Below the pieces are notes generated by a model. It had not been told where the DNA came from, did no database searches, and worked only from the letters and a program-made list of their open reading frames with translations. Below, piece by piece: positions 38,306 to 47,328 of a DNA stretch of 48,890 bases. Position 1 is the first letter of the stretch; every line of letters starts with the position of its first letter. Both the position numbers and the translations under genes were made by a program. Source of the stretch: Promethearchaeota archaeon (lineage in GTDB: Archaea; Asgardarchaeota; Hermodarchaeia; Hermodarchaeales; Hermodarchaeaceae); assembly GCA_048939245.1 (NCBI GenBank), contig JBHLPR010000012.1:1-48890 (forward strand), given 5' to 3'.

Positions 38306-38320
38306 ATTTAAAGCTTTTTC
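38306..38320 (-). promoter_or_regulatory. BRE/TATA promoter of rpl7ae operon
   Basis: GAAAAAGCTTTAAAT. Confidence 0.6.
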
Positions 38321-38345
38321 TTCTCATAGCGCTTTTACAGAAAGT

Positions 38346-39488
38346 CTACTTACGAATGCGACGATCTGCCATGAATTCGATGAAATCTTCGTAGACACGA
38401 TATTCCAGCCATTCCCGTGTTCGTCCTGAAATGACTAAGGGTGCCTCTGATAGCTCTTTTAGATTGGAGGCACCAACGAGAAACATGGTGGCTTTTAATC
38501 CCTGGATAAGGCTTTCTAAGAATAATTGAACGGCATTTGCATTAAGAACAGCAGGGGAGAGAACAGGTAAGGCTACTCCAGCGACATCGGCGCCAATGGC
38601 AATCGCTTTTGCAACATCAATCCCTGTGCGTATACCTCCGGAAGCAATGACCGGAATTCGCTTCTTGATAAAATAGGCTACTTCAAAGGTGGCTACAGCA
38701 GTTGGTATGCCCCAATCAATAAACCACCGACCGAGTGTCGCTTTCATTGTATCCTCAGGCTTTGCTCGTTCAGCTTCAACCGCTGGCCAACTGGTGCCTC
38801 CTAATCCCGCGACATCCAACGCTTTGACCCCAACGTTTTCTAACGTTTTCGCTGTGTTTTGGCTAAGTCCTGCCCCTGTTTCTTTGGCAATGATTGGAGT
38901 TGAGATACTTTTAGTGAGCGTCTTTAGGGACCGAAGCACACCGGTGAACACAGCCTCGCCTTCTGGTTGCACGGCTTCTTGAGCTGCATTCAAGTGGATG
39001 GCGAGAGCATCCGCTTTAATCATGTCAATTGCGGTTTCGACTTCATCTACCCCCCAACCAAGAGCTAGCTGTGGAGCACCAATATTCCCGACTAGGAATG
39101 CTGTCGGGGCATGTTCTCGAGTGACGGAGAAGGAATCGGCTAAACTGGAATCTTCGACTGCAGCGCGTTGGCTTCCGACCCCCATCGCTAGCCCTAATGC
39201 CTCAACAGCTTGGGCAATATGCTTGTTTATTGGTAGGGCGTCTTGATGCCCTCCCGTAATCGCAGTGACCATAATCGGCGCTTTCAGTTTATGCCCCAGA
39301 AAAGAGGTCTTCACATCCACTTCGTCGAGATTAATTTCAGGAACTGCATTATGGACCAGCGTAACATCGTTAAATCCTGTGGGTATTTTAGATTCCACAT
39401 CACGTTCTAAACAAATACGAATATGATCTAATTTTCTGCTTTCGGTGACCTTTGCCTTTGATTTTGCTTTTGAGCGGGTTTTCGCCAT
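38346..39488 (-). CDS. fni: Type 2 isopentenyl-diphosphate delta-isomerase
   Basis: RKLDH, GVGSQR, HLN..QE..QPEG, KETG, GGTSW, SGGIR. Confidence 0.95.
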   Translation of the reverse strand: MAKTRSKAKSKAKVTESRKLDHIRICLERDVESKIPTGFNDVTLVHNAVPEINLDEVDVKTSFLGHKLKAPIMVTAITGGHQDALPINKHIAQAVEALGLAMGVGSQRAAVEDSSLADSFSVTREHAPTAFLVGNIGAPQLALGWGVDEVETAIDMIKADALAIHLNAAQEAVQPEGEAVFTGVLRSLKTLTKSISTPIIAKETGAGLSQNTAKTLENVGVKALDVAGLGGTSWPAVEAERAKPEDTMKATLGRWFIDWGIPTAVATFEVAYFIKKRIPVIASGGIRTGIDVAKAIAIGADVAGVALPVLSPAVLNANAVQLFLESLIQGLKATMFLVGASNLKELSEAPLVISGRTREWLEYRVYEDFIEFMADRRIRK

Positions 39489-39545
39489 AGCATTCGCCTC
39501 CGAGATTGGGACAGGGACTGTTTGAGTCCTAGATGATGTGTTAAT

Positions 39546-39941
39546 TTAGAGAATTTCGACCAACCCGTTAGTCGCATCAACCCGTAATTTTTGGCCAGTG
39601 TTTATTTTATCTATAGGGATTTTATCGACTGCCGGTATTTCACTTATAATACAACCAACCGCAACAATAGCTTCTGTTTCTTGGTTAATAATCGCTGCAG
39701 GACCTTTGCCAGTTTTTGCTAGTTGATAGAGTACGTAGGATCCCACGGTTGAGCCCTTTCCACGGGGGAAGACCAGCACTTTGCCTGTTATGGATTGACC
39801 TTCCAGCTCATGGTCTTTTTCGACGACTTTCCCCGTTTCGGGATCGACCCCTCCATAGAAGGAGAGTCCTTGGCTGGTGACCAAGGCTTCGCCGCTTACA
39901 GTACCTGGATAGATTTTTCGTCCTTCTAATGTTTTGCTCAT
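39546..39941 (-). CDS. Aconitase X swivel subunit (phosphomevalonate dehydratase small subunit)
   Basis: SFYGGVDPETG, GKGSTVGSY; ATGA overlap with the large subunit. Confidence 0.9.
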   Translation of the reverse strand: MSKTLEGRKIYPGTVSGEALVTSQGLSFYGGVDPETGKVVEKDHELEGQSITGKVLVFPRGKGSTVGSYVLYQLAKTGKGPAAIINQETEAIVAVGCIISEIPAVDKIPIDKINTGQKLRVDATNGLVEIL

Positions 39942-41128
39942 TCTGTTAGCGCCTCCTGAATGCATTCTTCCAGTGAACAATGTTTCGTTTCGAACTTATT
40001 GCGGCCTCGTCCGTAATAGCAGCCTTTTGCTGAATCTGTACATAATCCGGTAAACCGACCTTTGATAGGAGCGACTACACAGCATGTATCACAGGCAAAT
40101 TTGATCCCCGATGCTTCGATGAGTTGGGTATAGCCCATTCGATCGGCTACTTGCTTTGTGGGACGCGCTGTGGTAATCCATGTTTCCTTTTTTACTTGTT
40201 TACCGTCAACTAATTCAGCGATATACCGGATCTCGCGTAAGGAGGCGTGTGGACACCCAATGCTAACGAAATCGATGGCAGCGTCTTCTTCGTTAAGTTG
40301 CTCTTCAGCACTTTTGAGGTGTTTCTCAGTAATGACAATCGTTTCTTTCGGGATCTTTGTTTTATCGGGTGTTATTCCTTCTATATGGAATAAAGCAGTG
40401 CCTCCATAAGTGGCTATCGAGGCGCAGAACGATTTGAGTTCGTCTGTAGTAGCAACGGAAATACCTGTGATATAAGGTATGGTCCATTCCGTTTTCGCGT
40501 CCAAGATATCGCCGATGGCTTTCCCTAACGTGCCGAATTGAGCAGTTCCTTGGACGGAAGGTTTTACTTTAAATGCAACATGCGCTTGGCGATTTGTATC
40601 GAGATGATAGCCATAAAGAGGCGTATATCCGGTTAGAGCGGCGGCTAAGGCACTGGGTCCGCCTTCACGATTGGTTCTGGCACCTATCACTGAATTCGCA
40701 AAACAAACGGCACTACTTTCCGCCCATGCGATATGTTCCCCATAATGGGGCAGATTACCCACCAAGTATGGAGTACAAGTGCATGTTGTGATGATGCCCA
40801 TTTTCGCAAAAGCATCGATGACCCGCTCTTGGTTTTTAGCAAATTCGGGATCAATACCCAGAACTTTCCAGTTTTCCATATCCATGCCCGCAGGATTTAG
40901 CGTGGTTAAGACGCGAACCCGACCGTCTGTAGCCATTTGTGCCAGCCAGTCAAGTCCAGGCTCTCCGAGATTGGCGTAACTCACCCCAGCGACTTGGACA
41001 GAGGTGACAGGAACCATTTTCTTGGCTCCAAAAATTTCACCGAGTGCGTTGAGAATTTCCATACTTTTCTGCGTGGCATATCCATGTTTGCCTTCGAGCA
41101 TCTCCTGTTGGATTGGTGTTAGTTTCAT
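39938..41128 (-). CDS. Aconitase X catalytic subunit (phosphomevalonate dehydratase large subunit)
   Basis: GVSY, TTLNP, CTCTPY, WAESSA, GCPH, DTC, DSAK. Confidence 0.92.
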   Translation of the reverse strand: MKLTPIQQEMLEGKHGYATQKSMEILNALGEIFGAKKMVPVTSVQVAGVSYANLGEPGLDWLAQMATDGRVRVLTTLNPAGMDMENWKVLGIDPEFAKNQERVIDAFAKMGIITTCTCTPYLVGNLPHYGEHIAWAESSAVCFANSVIGARTNREGGPSALAAALTGYTPLYGYHLDTNRQAHVAFKVKPSVQGTAQFGTLGKAIGDILDAKTEWTIPYITGISVATTDELKSFCASIATYGGTALFHIEGITPDKTKIPKETIVITEKHLKSAEEQLNEEDAAIDFVSIGCPHASLREIRYIAELVDGKQVKKETWITTARPTKQVADRMGYTQLIEASGIKFACDTCCVVAPIKGRFTGLCTDSAKGCYYGRGRNKFETKHCSLEECIQEALTE

Positions 41129-41136
41129 TATGTACT

Positions 41137-42444
41137 TCACTCCTCGAGGAATTTCTTGAGAATAACTTCAGGAAAACTAGCTTTGGCAAAGTTTTTGCCC
41201 TCAGTTTTTAGTGGATGAGTTAAATCAAAGCCTATTTTCGTAGTAAGGTAGGTTCCTGGCTCTGAGCTGGGATCAAGGCTGCTTCCCCGTTCTTTGTCTT
41301 TAACTATCATATCAACATCGCCTTGGAACCGAGTAGCCATAGCCCATTCCACGTCAAGAGGATCGTAGATGTCAATGTCCTTGTCTACAACGAAGACGTG
41401 TTTGCAGCTTCGATGACCTTCGAAAGCGCCTTCAATGGCCAGTTTACCATCTTCTTCTCGTTGTTTATCGATTTGCACGATGGCATGTAACCAGCTGCAG
41501 CCCCCAGGATTGATGTTGACATCGAGAACGCGCACACCTTTCTCTTTGACTTTACGGAAAATAGTGGGTTCTCGGGGCATTCCCATGAGTAGCTTGTGTT
41601 CAAAGGCACCTGGAAGAAGGGCTTGCCAGATTGCATCTTTTCGATGGGTGATACAGGTGACTTCGAATATGGGTTCGTTACGAATTACGTCGTAAGTCTC
41701 AGTGAGATCAATGAACGGTCCCTCATCATGACGTTTATCACGGTAGACTTTTCCTTCGATTACCCATTCACAATCAGCAGGGATAAGTAAATCCGAGGTT
41801 TTTGCTTTTACAACGCGAATAGGTTCGAGGGCGTTGGCGATTTCAAGTTCATTTACTCCGATTTCAACACTCGTCGCGGCAGCAACGAGAATATTCGGTG
41901 CATTTCCTATACAGTATGCCACATTGACTTCACCAAGGTCTTCGAGGAAGGTGTGAAAGTTCCGTTTGGCAACCACCCGAGTGCTCATCATATCCTTTTT
42001 AATCTGCATGGCACGGTGAAAGTCGAGATTCTGGCCATATTTGGGGTGACTGACTACAACAACAGCTGAGGAAATATAGGGACCGCCATCTTGTTCATTA
42101 TGAAGTAGAATAGGAATCTTATTGAGGTCAACATCTTTTTCCACGACTTCTTGACATGGTGCGTTTTGTATCTGTTCGGGAACTGCACGGTCTTCGATGG
42201 CTTTGCTTAATGTAGGAATCATTTCATCGGTTGTGATTCCCAGATATGCTGCCACACTTTCCTTATTGCAAAAGAGATTACCCATAATCCGATAATCTGA
42301 ATCGCTTACATTTTCAAAAAGGACTGGTCGCGGTTCAACCGCCTTCAGAATTCCTCCAGCTTCAAGCTTCTTGGAGACTGGTTTGGATATTTTTAGGAGA
42401 GACCCGTCTTGATCCAGTTTTTGGAGATATTCACGTAGACCCAT
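41137..42444 (-). CDS. UbiD-family decarboxylase (probable anhydromevalonate phosphate decarboxylase)
   Basis: DGGPYI, FHR, EGPF, EH, VDKDIDIYD, WAMATR, SSLDPS; sits between mvk and AcnX. Confidence 0.88.
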   Translation of the reverse strand: MGLREYLQKLDQDGSLLKISKPVSKKLEAGGILKAVEPRPVLFENVSDSDYRIMGNLFCNKESVAAYLGITTDEMIPTLSKAIEDRAVPEQIQNAPCQEVVEKDVDLNKIPILLHNEQDGGPYISSAVVVVSHPKYGQNLDFHRAMQIKKDMMSTRVVAKRNFHTFLEDLGEVNVAYCIGNAPNILVAAATSVEIGVNELEIANALEPIRVVKAKTSDLLIPADCEWVIEGKVYRDKRHDEGPFIDLTETYDVIRNEPIFEVTCITHRKDAIWQALLPGAFEHKLLMGMPREPTIFRKVKEKGVRVLDVNINPGGCSWLHAIVQIDKQREEDGKLAIEGAFEGHRSCKHVFVVDKDIDIYDPLDVEWAMATRFQGDVDMIVKDKERGSSLDPSSEPGTYLTTKIGFDLTHPLKTEGKNFAKASFPEVILKKFLEE

Positions 42445-42464
42445 TAAATTCACCTTATGTTTTT

Positions 42465-43403
42465 CTATACCCCAATTCTGTAGCGCCAAGCTGAAAAGCC
42501 TCGTTGTTTCACCGCTCCAAAGACGTTATTTTGTAATTCTCGACCGGGTGTTAGCGCTACCATGTTCCCGCCGCGACCGGTTCCTGTGAGTTTGGCTCCC
42601 CAGGCTCCCGCCTGACGAGAAACACCAACCAACTCTTCTAATTCCACGCAAGAGACACCAATTTCGTTGAGTAGCTTATGATTTTCGTTCATAAGAAGCC
42701 CAATAAGTTGGAGGTCATGATCGTCTAACCCCTGGCGTGCGGAATTCACGATATCCACATAGTCTGCAGTTATTTGATCGAACCACTTGGTTTTTTCCTC
42801 TTTCATCCGGCGAACATCAGCTACTACTTCTTTTGTACTGGCGGTAATACCAGTACTCGCAATCACAATGTCTGTGGGTTCTTTCATTTTGATGGTTTCG
42901 ATTGTGGGTGAACCACCGTCGGGATTTCGTTTGTACCAAACGATTCCCCCAAAAGTTGCTGCAGTATTATCAATTCCACTAGGCGTTCCGTGGTATCCCT
43001 TTTCACCTTCGAAGGCACAAGCATTGACTTTATTATCATCCCAGCCTAATCGAAATTCATCGTTTAAGGCACGTGCAAGCGCTGTACAGCTGGCGGCACT
43101 GGCTCCAATACCGCTAGCACAGACTAGTTTTCCAGCCAATGTGATGGTGATTCCCTCTTCGCTGAGATCGATATCAGCAAATCGGAGAATGTTCTCAATT
43201 GACGCCTTTTGTTCATCTAATTTTTTCTTTTTATAGCCCGGGACCGCAGGGCGATTATCAGTTAGCGTCCATCCAGGCTCTGATTTCCTGCGTACAATAG
43301 CAGTGGTGGTGGATCCTACTGCTGCGGCAATTGCGGGGAAACCATAGACAACAAAGTGTTCACCAAATAGAATGCTTTTACCATAACCTGAGCCTTTGCC
43401 CAA
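42465..43403 (-). CDS. mvk: Mevalonate kinase
   Basis: GKSILFGEHFVVYG, SGIGASAA, HGTPSGID, GAKLTGTGRGG; TTG start after GGAGG. Confidence 0.93.
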   Translation of the reverse strand: MGKGSGYGKSILFGEHFVVYGFPAIAAAVGSTTTAIVRRKSEPGWTLTDNRPAVPGYKKKKLDEQKASIENILRFADIDLSEEGITITLAGKLVCASGIGASAASCTALARALNDEFRLGWDDNKVNACAFEGEKGYHGTPSGIDNTAATFGGIVWYKRNPDGGSPTIETIKMKEPTDIVIASTGITASTKEVVADVRRMKEEKTKWFDQITADYVDIVNSARQGLDDHDLQLIGLLMNENHKLLNEIGVSCVELEELVGVSRQAGAWGAKLTGTGRGGNMVALTPGRELQNNVFGAVKQRGFSAWRYRIGV

Positions 43404-43541
43404 CTTCAACGACCTCCAGAGGGGAATAGTGTTAGCGTAAAATAAGGCATTCAGCCTCATTTGTATTGGGGGTAACGAGTCGATTCTGAGCTGAGCGCTT
43501 AATAGCCTTTCCATGGCTCGATGAAAATAGGTTAGCCAGGG

Positions 43542-44156
43542 CTAAAGTTCAGTTCGTCGTAAAGTTGCCTCAAAATCTTCAACTGTAAAGGGAAATTCTG
43601 CATCAGGTGTTAGTTGACCACGTTCACGCAGAACTTGGCGTGAAAGAAGCCAATAGGTAAGAGATAGAGATTTTCGACCCTTATTATTACAGGGAATCGC
43701 GAGGTCAATATATTGTAATGAGTTATCGGTATCAACTAATGCTACCACGGGCACTCGGATTTTAGCCCCTTCTCGGACAGCTTGAGCATCAGCCCGTGGA
43801 TCGGTGACGAAGACCAGTTTTGGCTCGGTATATTGGGGTAACCGAGGATTGGTAAAAGTACCTGGAATAAACCGGCCTGCCAGAGGTGTGGCGCCAGTGA
43901 CTGTACAAAAAGTGTTAATTGGTTTTTGAGCATACTGGCGTGCACCGACCACGGCAACAGTGGAGGGATCCACGCGAGCTAGCATCCGCGCCGCAACACG
44001 GATTCGTTCATCAAATTTACGGATATCAAGAACGTAGAGCCCGTCTTGGCGTACCCGGTAGATGTATGGCTCCATGGTGACGGTTTTTACCTGGGTTCCA
44101 ATGTGGATCCCAGCGGCTAGATATTGGTCAAGAGCCACAAGAAGATCTTCACTCAT
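43542..44156 (-). CDS. rps2: 30S ribosomal protein S2
   Basis: YLAAGIHIG, GRFIPGTFTN, DTD, NNKGRKS. Confidence 0.97.
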   Translation of the reverse strand: MSEDLLVALDQYLAAGIHIGTQVKTVTMEPYIYRVRQDGLYVLDIRKFDERIRVAARMLARVDPSTVAVVGARQYAQKPINTFCTVTGATPLAGRFIPGTFTNPRLPQYTEPKLVFVTDPRADAQAVREGAKIRVPVVALVDTDNSLQYIDLAIPCNNKGRKSLSLTYWLLSRQVLRERGQLTPDAEFPFTVEDFEATLRRTEL

Positions 44157-44158
44157 GG

Positions 44159-44359
44159 TTAAGTTCGCTCCGCAAATTGAAGAACAGAATCGATGATGTC
44201 AACGTGGCTGAGCAGCATTCTTCGACAGCAATAGCGTTTTAGCCCCATTGAATCGAGAACCGCTGCGGGGTCTTCTCCTTGCCTAACACGACGGCTATAT
44301 TCTTCCCATTTGTCTGCTACTAGGCGACCACAAGTGAAACATCGTATTGGTATAATCAT
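44159..44359 (-). CDS. rpoN: RNA polymerase subunit Rpo10 (RpoN)
   Basis: [20 protein letters not shown]. Confidence 0.98.
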   Translation of the reverse strand: MIIPIRCFTCGRLVADKWEEYSRRVRQGEDPAAVLDSMGLKRYCCRRMLLSHVDIIDSVLQFAERT

Positions 44360-44373
44360 GGATTTCTTCTCCT

Positions 44374-44775
44374 CTATCGATAGCTTTTCTGCTTTTTCGC
44401 TCGAGCACCGGGGCCCCCGAACTTTTTCTTTTCCTTTCGACGTGAATCGCCGGCCATTAGGGTTCGGTCGTATTCCACAAATTGCTTTCGGAGATCAGCG
44501 CTCTTTGTATAATCCACAAGCCCACGAGCTACAGCCATTCGCGAAGCTTGAGCCTGACCCATCACACCGCCACCTCGAACATTTACACGAATATCAACCT
44601 TCGATGTAATTTCGTCTCCCGCAATCATGAGAGGTTCTTCAATAATTTGCCTAGCAATAAGGGGAGTGTAATTTTCCAAAGGCGTTTTATTTATCTGGAT
44701 TCGTCCCATTCCTTCCCGTACTGTGGCACGAGCAATTGCGGATTTTCGTTTACCTGAACTTACTGTTATTTTCAT
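44374..44775 (-). CDS. rps9: 30S ribosomal protein S9
   Basis: [26 protein letters not shown]. Confidence 0.97.
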   Translation of the reverse strand: MKITVSSGKRKSAIARATVREGMGRIQINKTPLENYTPLIARQIIEEPLMIAGDEITSKVDIRVNVRGGGVMGQAQASRMAVARGLVDYTKSADLRKQFVEYDRTLMAGDSRRKEKKKFGGPGARAKKQKSYR

Positions 44776-45248
44776 GCAGATCTCTTCCATCCAAGTTCTT
44801 GGGCAATTTCACCCAAATAGGTGGTTCGGCGCCCAACCCGTTCATACTCAGAGATTTCAAGATTCCGTTTTGTTTTGAGCCCTTCAGGAGTGCCCGTATA
44901 GACACGAAGACGTTTCATAGCCTTTCGACCACGGTCCTTTTTCCAAGGAACCATCCCGCGAATAATCCGACGAAGCATACGATCTGGTTGACGCGGGTGC
45001 ATGGGACCCTTCCAAGGCGCGGTTCGGGTGCGAATTCCCAAGCGTTCTTTGTATTGCAGAATGATACTTGCTCGATTCCCAGACAAGACTGCCTTTTCCG
45101 CATTAATGACCACCACATGTTCACCTTGAAGGAGCTGTTTAGCGACCACTGCAGCCAAGCGTCCTGCCACTGCATTGTTAGCATCAACTAGGAGTGGTTC
45201 AATAGGAGCAGACTCGCCAGTTTTGGATTTCGCGGATTGTTTCACCAT
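44772..45248 (-). CDS. rpl13: 50S ribosomal protein L13
   Basis: [20 protein letters not shown]. Confidence 0.96.
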   Translation of the reverse strand: MVKQSAKSKTGESAPIEPLLVDANNAVAGRLAAVVAKQLLQGEHVVVINAEKAVLSGNRASIILQYKERLGIRTRTAPWKGPMHPRQPDRMLRRIIRGMVPWKKDRGRKAMKRLRVYTGTPEGLKTKRNLEISEYERVGRRTTYLGEIAQELGWKRSA

Positions 45249-45260
45249 TTTAATTTCTCC

Positions 45261-45620
45261 TTAGTTGATAATTTGGGCATTCTTTCCCGTTGGATTTTTT
45301 TCCATAAATTCTTCGATTGTAAGACACTGACCGCCTTTGGCTTCAATTTTCTCACGTGCTTGCGCTGAGAAGCCCACGGCAGCAACACTGAGTTTGTCTT
45401 CGATTACCCCATCGCCAAGAACCTTGCCGGGAACGACTATAATATGACCACGCTTATGATAACGCTGTAAATCACCCACATTAACTGTGAGCCGGGTTCT
45501 TCGAGAGGATTGTAAATCATCGAACAATGTGCGCCAGATGCGACCTCCAGGATTTCGGGACTGCCGTTTTAACTTTATGATAAGCTGTTGTCGAGTTTCA
45601 TCAGTGGTTTTTGATTTCAT
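45261..45620 (-). CDS. rpl18e: 50S ribosomal protein L18e
   Basis: VVPGKVLGDG, FSAQA, NPTG. Confidence 0.95.
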   Translation of the reverse strand: MKSKTTDETRQQLIIKLKRQSRNPGGRIWRTLFDDLQSSRRTRLTVNVGDLQRYHKRGHIIVVPGKVLGDGVIEDKLSVAAVGFSAQAREKIEAKGGQCLTIEEFMEKNPTGKNAQIIN

Positions 45621-45632
45621 ATTGTATCACGC

Positions 45633-46592
45633 TCATTTGGATTTCTTCGTCTTCTTTTTTGCGGAGGTCTTTTTCGTTGTTTTAGTGGATTTTGGCTTCT
45701 TGGCGGTCTTCGTGGTTTTCTTTTTGGGTTTGGCCTTAGCCTTCGGCTTCGCCTTGGGCTTCGCCTTAGGCTTGGCAGTCTTTTTGGGTGCTCGCCCTGG
45801 AAGGAGTTTAATGAGCTCCTCGTATTTGTTTCGGAATACATCTAAACCTTTGTCGACGATTTGTTCTGGTGAAGCAGCACCTGTAGATTCAATTGTCACA
45901 ATGAAGCTGTTTTCGTCGTATGTCACTGTGATGGCTTGTACATCACAGGTGTCTACACAGAGGTTGCACAATGTACAATTCAGCTCGTCAACTACCACGG
46001 CTTTTTTATCTTTCATTTCGAAGACTTGGCGAAAACACGCCTCCACACACTCTTCACAACCGTCACATTTCTTGGGGTCTACTTCAACGTGTGGAATCAT
46101 TTTGTAGGCCATAGTGGAAACAGGTTGCCACTTAGCATGGTCTTGCCCAATCCCTAATCGTGCATAGGCCTCAACGACAATGCGTTGACCTTTCGCCATT
46201 TTGGCAATTGGAATCTTATCGCTTACAGGGACAATGTCAGGATCTTGAGGTTTTAGATCCCCTGTCGTAGCAATATAACCATCCTCGGGGGCTTCAACCT
46301 CCATGGTGAATCCCGCTTGACAAAGATGGCAGCCAGCGCCTTCACAATTGCATTCAGATGAAAGAACGTAGGTGTCAAAATTGGTTGTTAAGGGAACAAG
46401 GCCAAGACGATGGGCAATTATCTCATCAAACAGAGGTGTTTGGTTTTCAAGAATTACAACTTCTTCAATAGCCATTGATGGGGTTTCAGCAATAATTACG
46501 CGGCGTAACGCATTCATCAAGCCAGGACGAACTTCTTCTACATGCAGCTTTAAGGTATCCTCAGTTTTTTCGAGTACGGTTATTTTCATCAT
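45633..46592 (-). CDS. rpoD: RNA polymerase subunit Rpo3 (RpoD) with ferredoxin-like domain and Lys-rich tail
   Basis: NALRR, DEIIAHRLGLVP, HAKWQP, CDGCEECVEAC / CTLCNLCVDTC. Confidence 0.96.
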   Translation of the reverse strand: MMKITVLEKTEDTLKLHVEEVRPGLMNALRRVIIAETPSMAIEEVVILENQTPLFDEIIAHRLGLVPLTTNFDTYVLSSECNCEGAGCHLCQAGFTMEVEAPEDGYIATTGDLKPQDPDIVPVSDKIPIAKMAKGQRIVVEAYARLGIGQDHAKWQPVSTMAYKMIPHVEVDPKKCDGCEECVEACFRQVFEMKDKKAVVVDELNCTLCNLCVDTCDVQAITVTYDENSFIVTIESTGAASPEQIVDKGLDVFRNKYEELIKLLPGRAPKKTAKPKAKPKAKPKAKAKPKKKTTKTAKKPKSTKTTKKTSAKKKTKKSK

Positions 46593-46628
46593 CTGTTCGC
46601 CTCACTTTGATGCCTAATTTACACCCCA

Positions 46629-47297
46629 TTATACTCTTCGACCCCGGCGGCCTCCAGGTCGGCGTGTGCCGTCATGAGGCATTGGCGTTACCTCTTCAAT
46701 TCGACCAATTCGCAGGCCGGCCCTGGCAAGCGCACGGATAGCGGCTTGCGCACCTGGACCAGGAGTTTTCGGACCATGACCGCCAGGAGCTCGAACTTTA
46801 ATGTTAACCCGCGTGATGTCTTTATCCATGGCTGCTCGGGCAGCCCGAAATGCGGCTTGCATTGCAGCATATGGAGAACTTTCATCTCGGTCAGCACGTA
46901 CAATCATTCCACCCGATGCCCTGGCAATTGTTTCAGCTCCAGTGATATCAGTGATGTGTACGATGGTATCGTTATAGGAACTGTAAATATGAGCCACCCC
47001 CCATTTTTCCTGGCTATCAACAGGTGTGGGAGTGCGAGCCCGTCCTCCGGAACGCGGTGTTCGAGTCCGCCTTCGACGAGTAGGTGTCTCCTCTTTCTCT
47101 TCCTTCTCCTTTTTTTCCTCGTCGGCTTTCTTTGCAACTCTTTTCTTCTTTGGTGTGGGTTTTTCCTTCGCTTCAGGTTCTGAAGCCTTCGCAGATTTTT
47201 TCTTCTTGGCTTTCTCCGGTTCTACTTCTGTTTTTGCAGTCGCTTCGGGTTTTTTGTCAGGAGTCTTTTTCGGTTTTGTTTCTTTGTCTTCGGCCAT
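46629..47297 (-). CDS. rps11: 30S ribosomal protein S11 with long N-terminal extension
   Basis: [34 protein letters not shown]. Confidence 0.96.
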   Translation of the reverse strand: MAEDKETKPKKTPDKKPEATAKTEVEPEKAKKKKSAKASEPEAKEKPTPKKKRVAKKADEEKKEKEEKEETPTRRRRTRTPRSGGRARTPTPVDSQEKWGVAHIYSSYNDTIVHITDITGAETIARASGGMIVRADRDESSPYAAMQAAFRAARAAMDKDITRVNIKVRAPGGHGPKTPGPGAQAAIRALARAGLRIGRIEEVTPMPHDGTRRPGGRRGRRV

Positions 47298-47328
47298 ACC
47301 CATCACCAATTAATACAATCATATTCAG

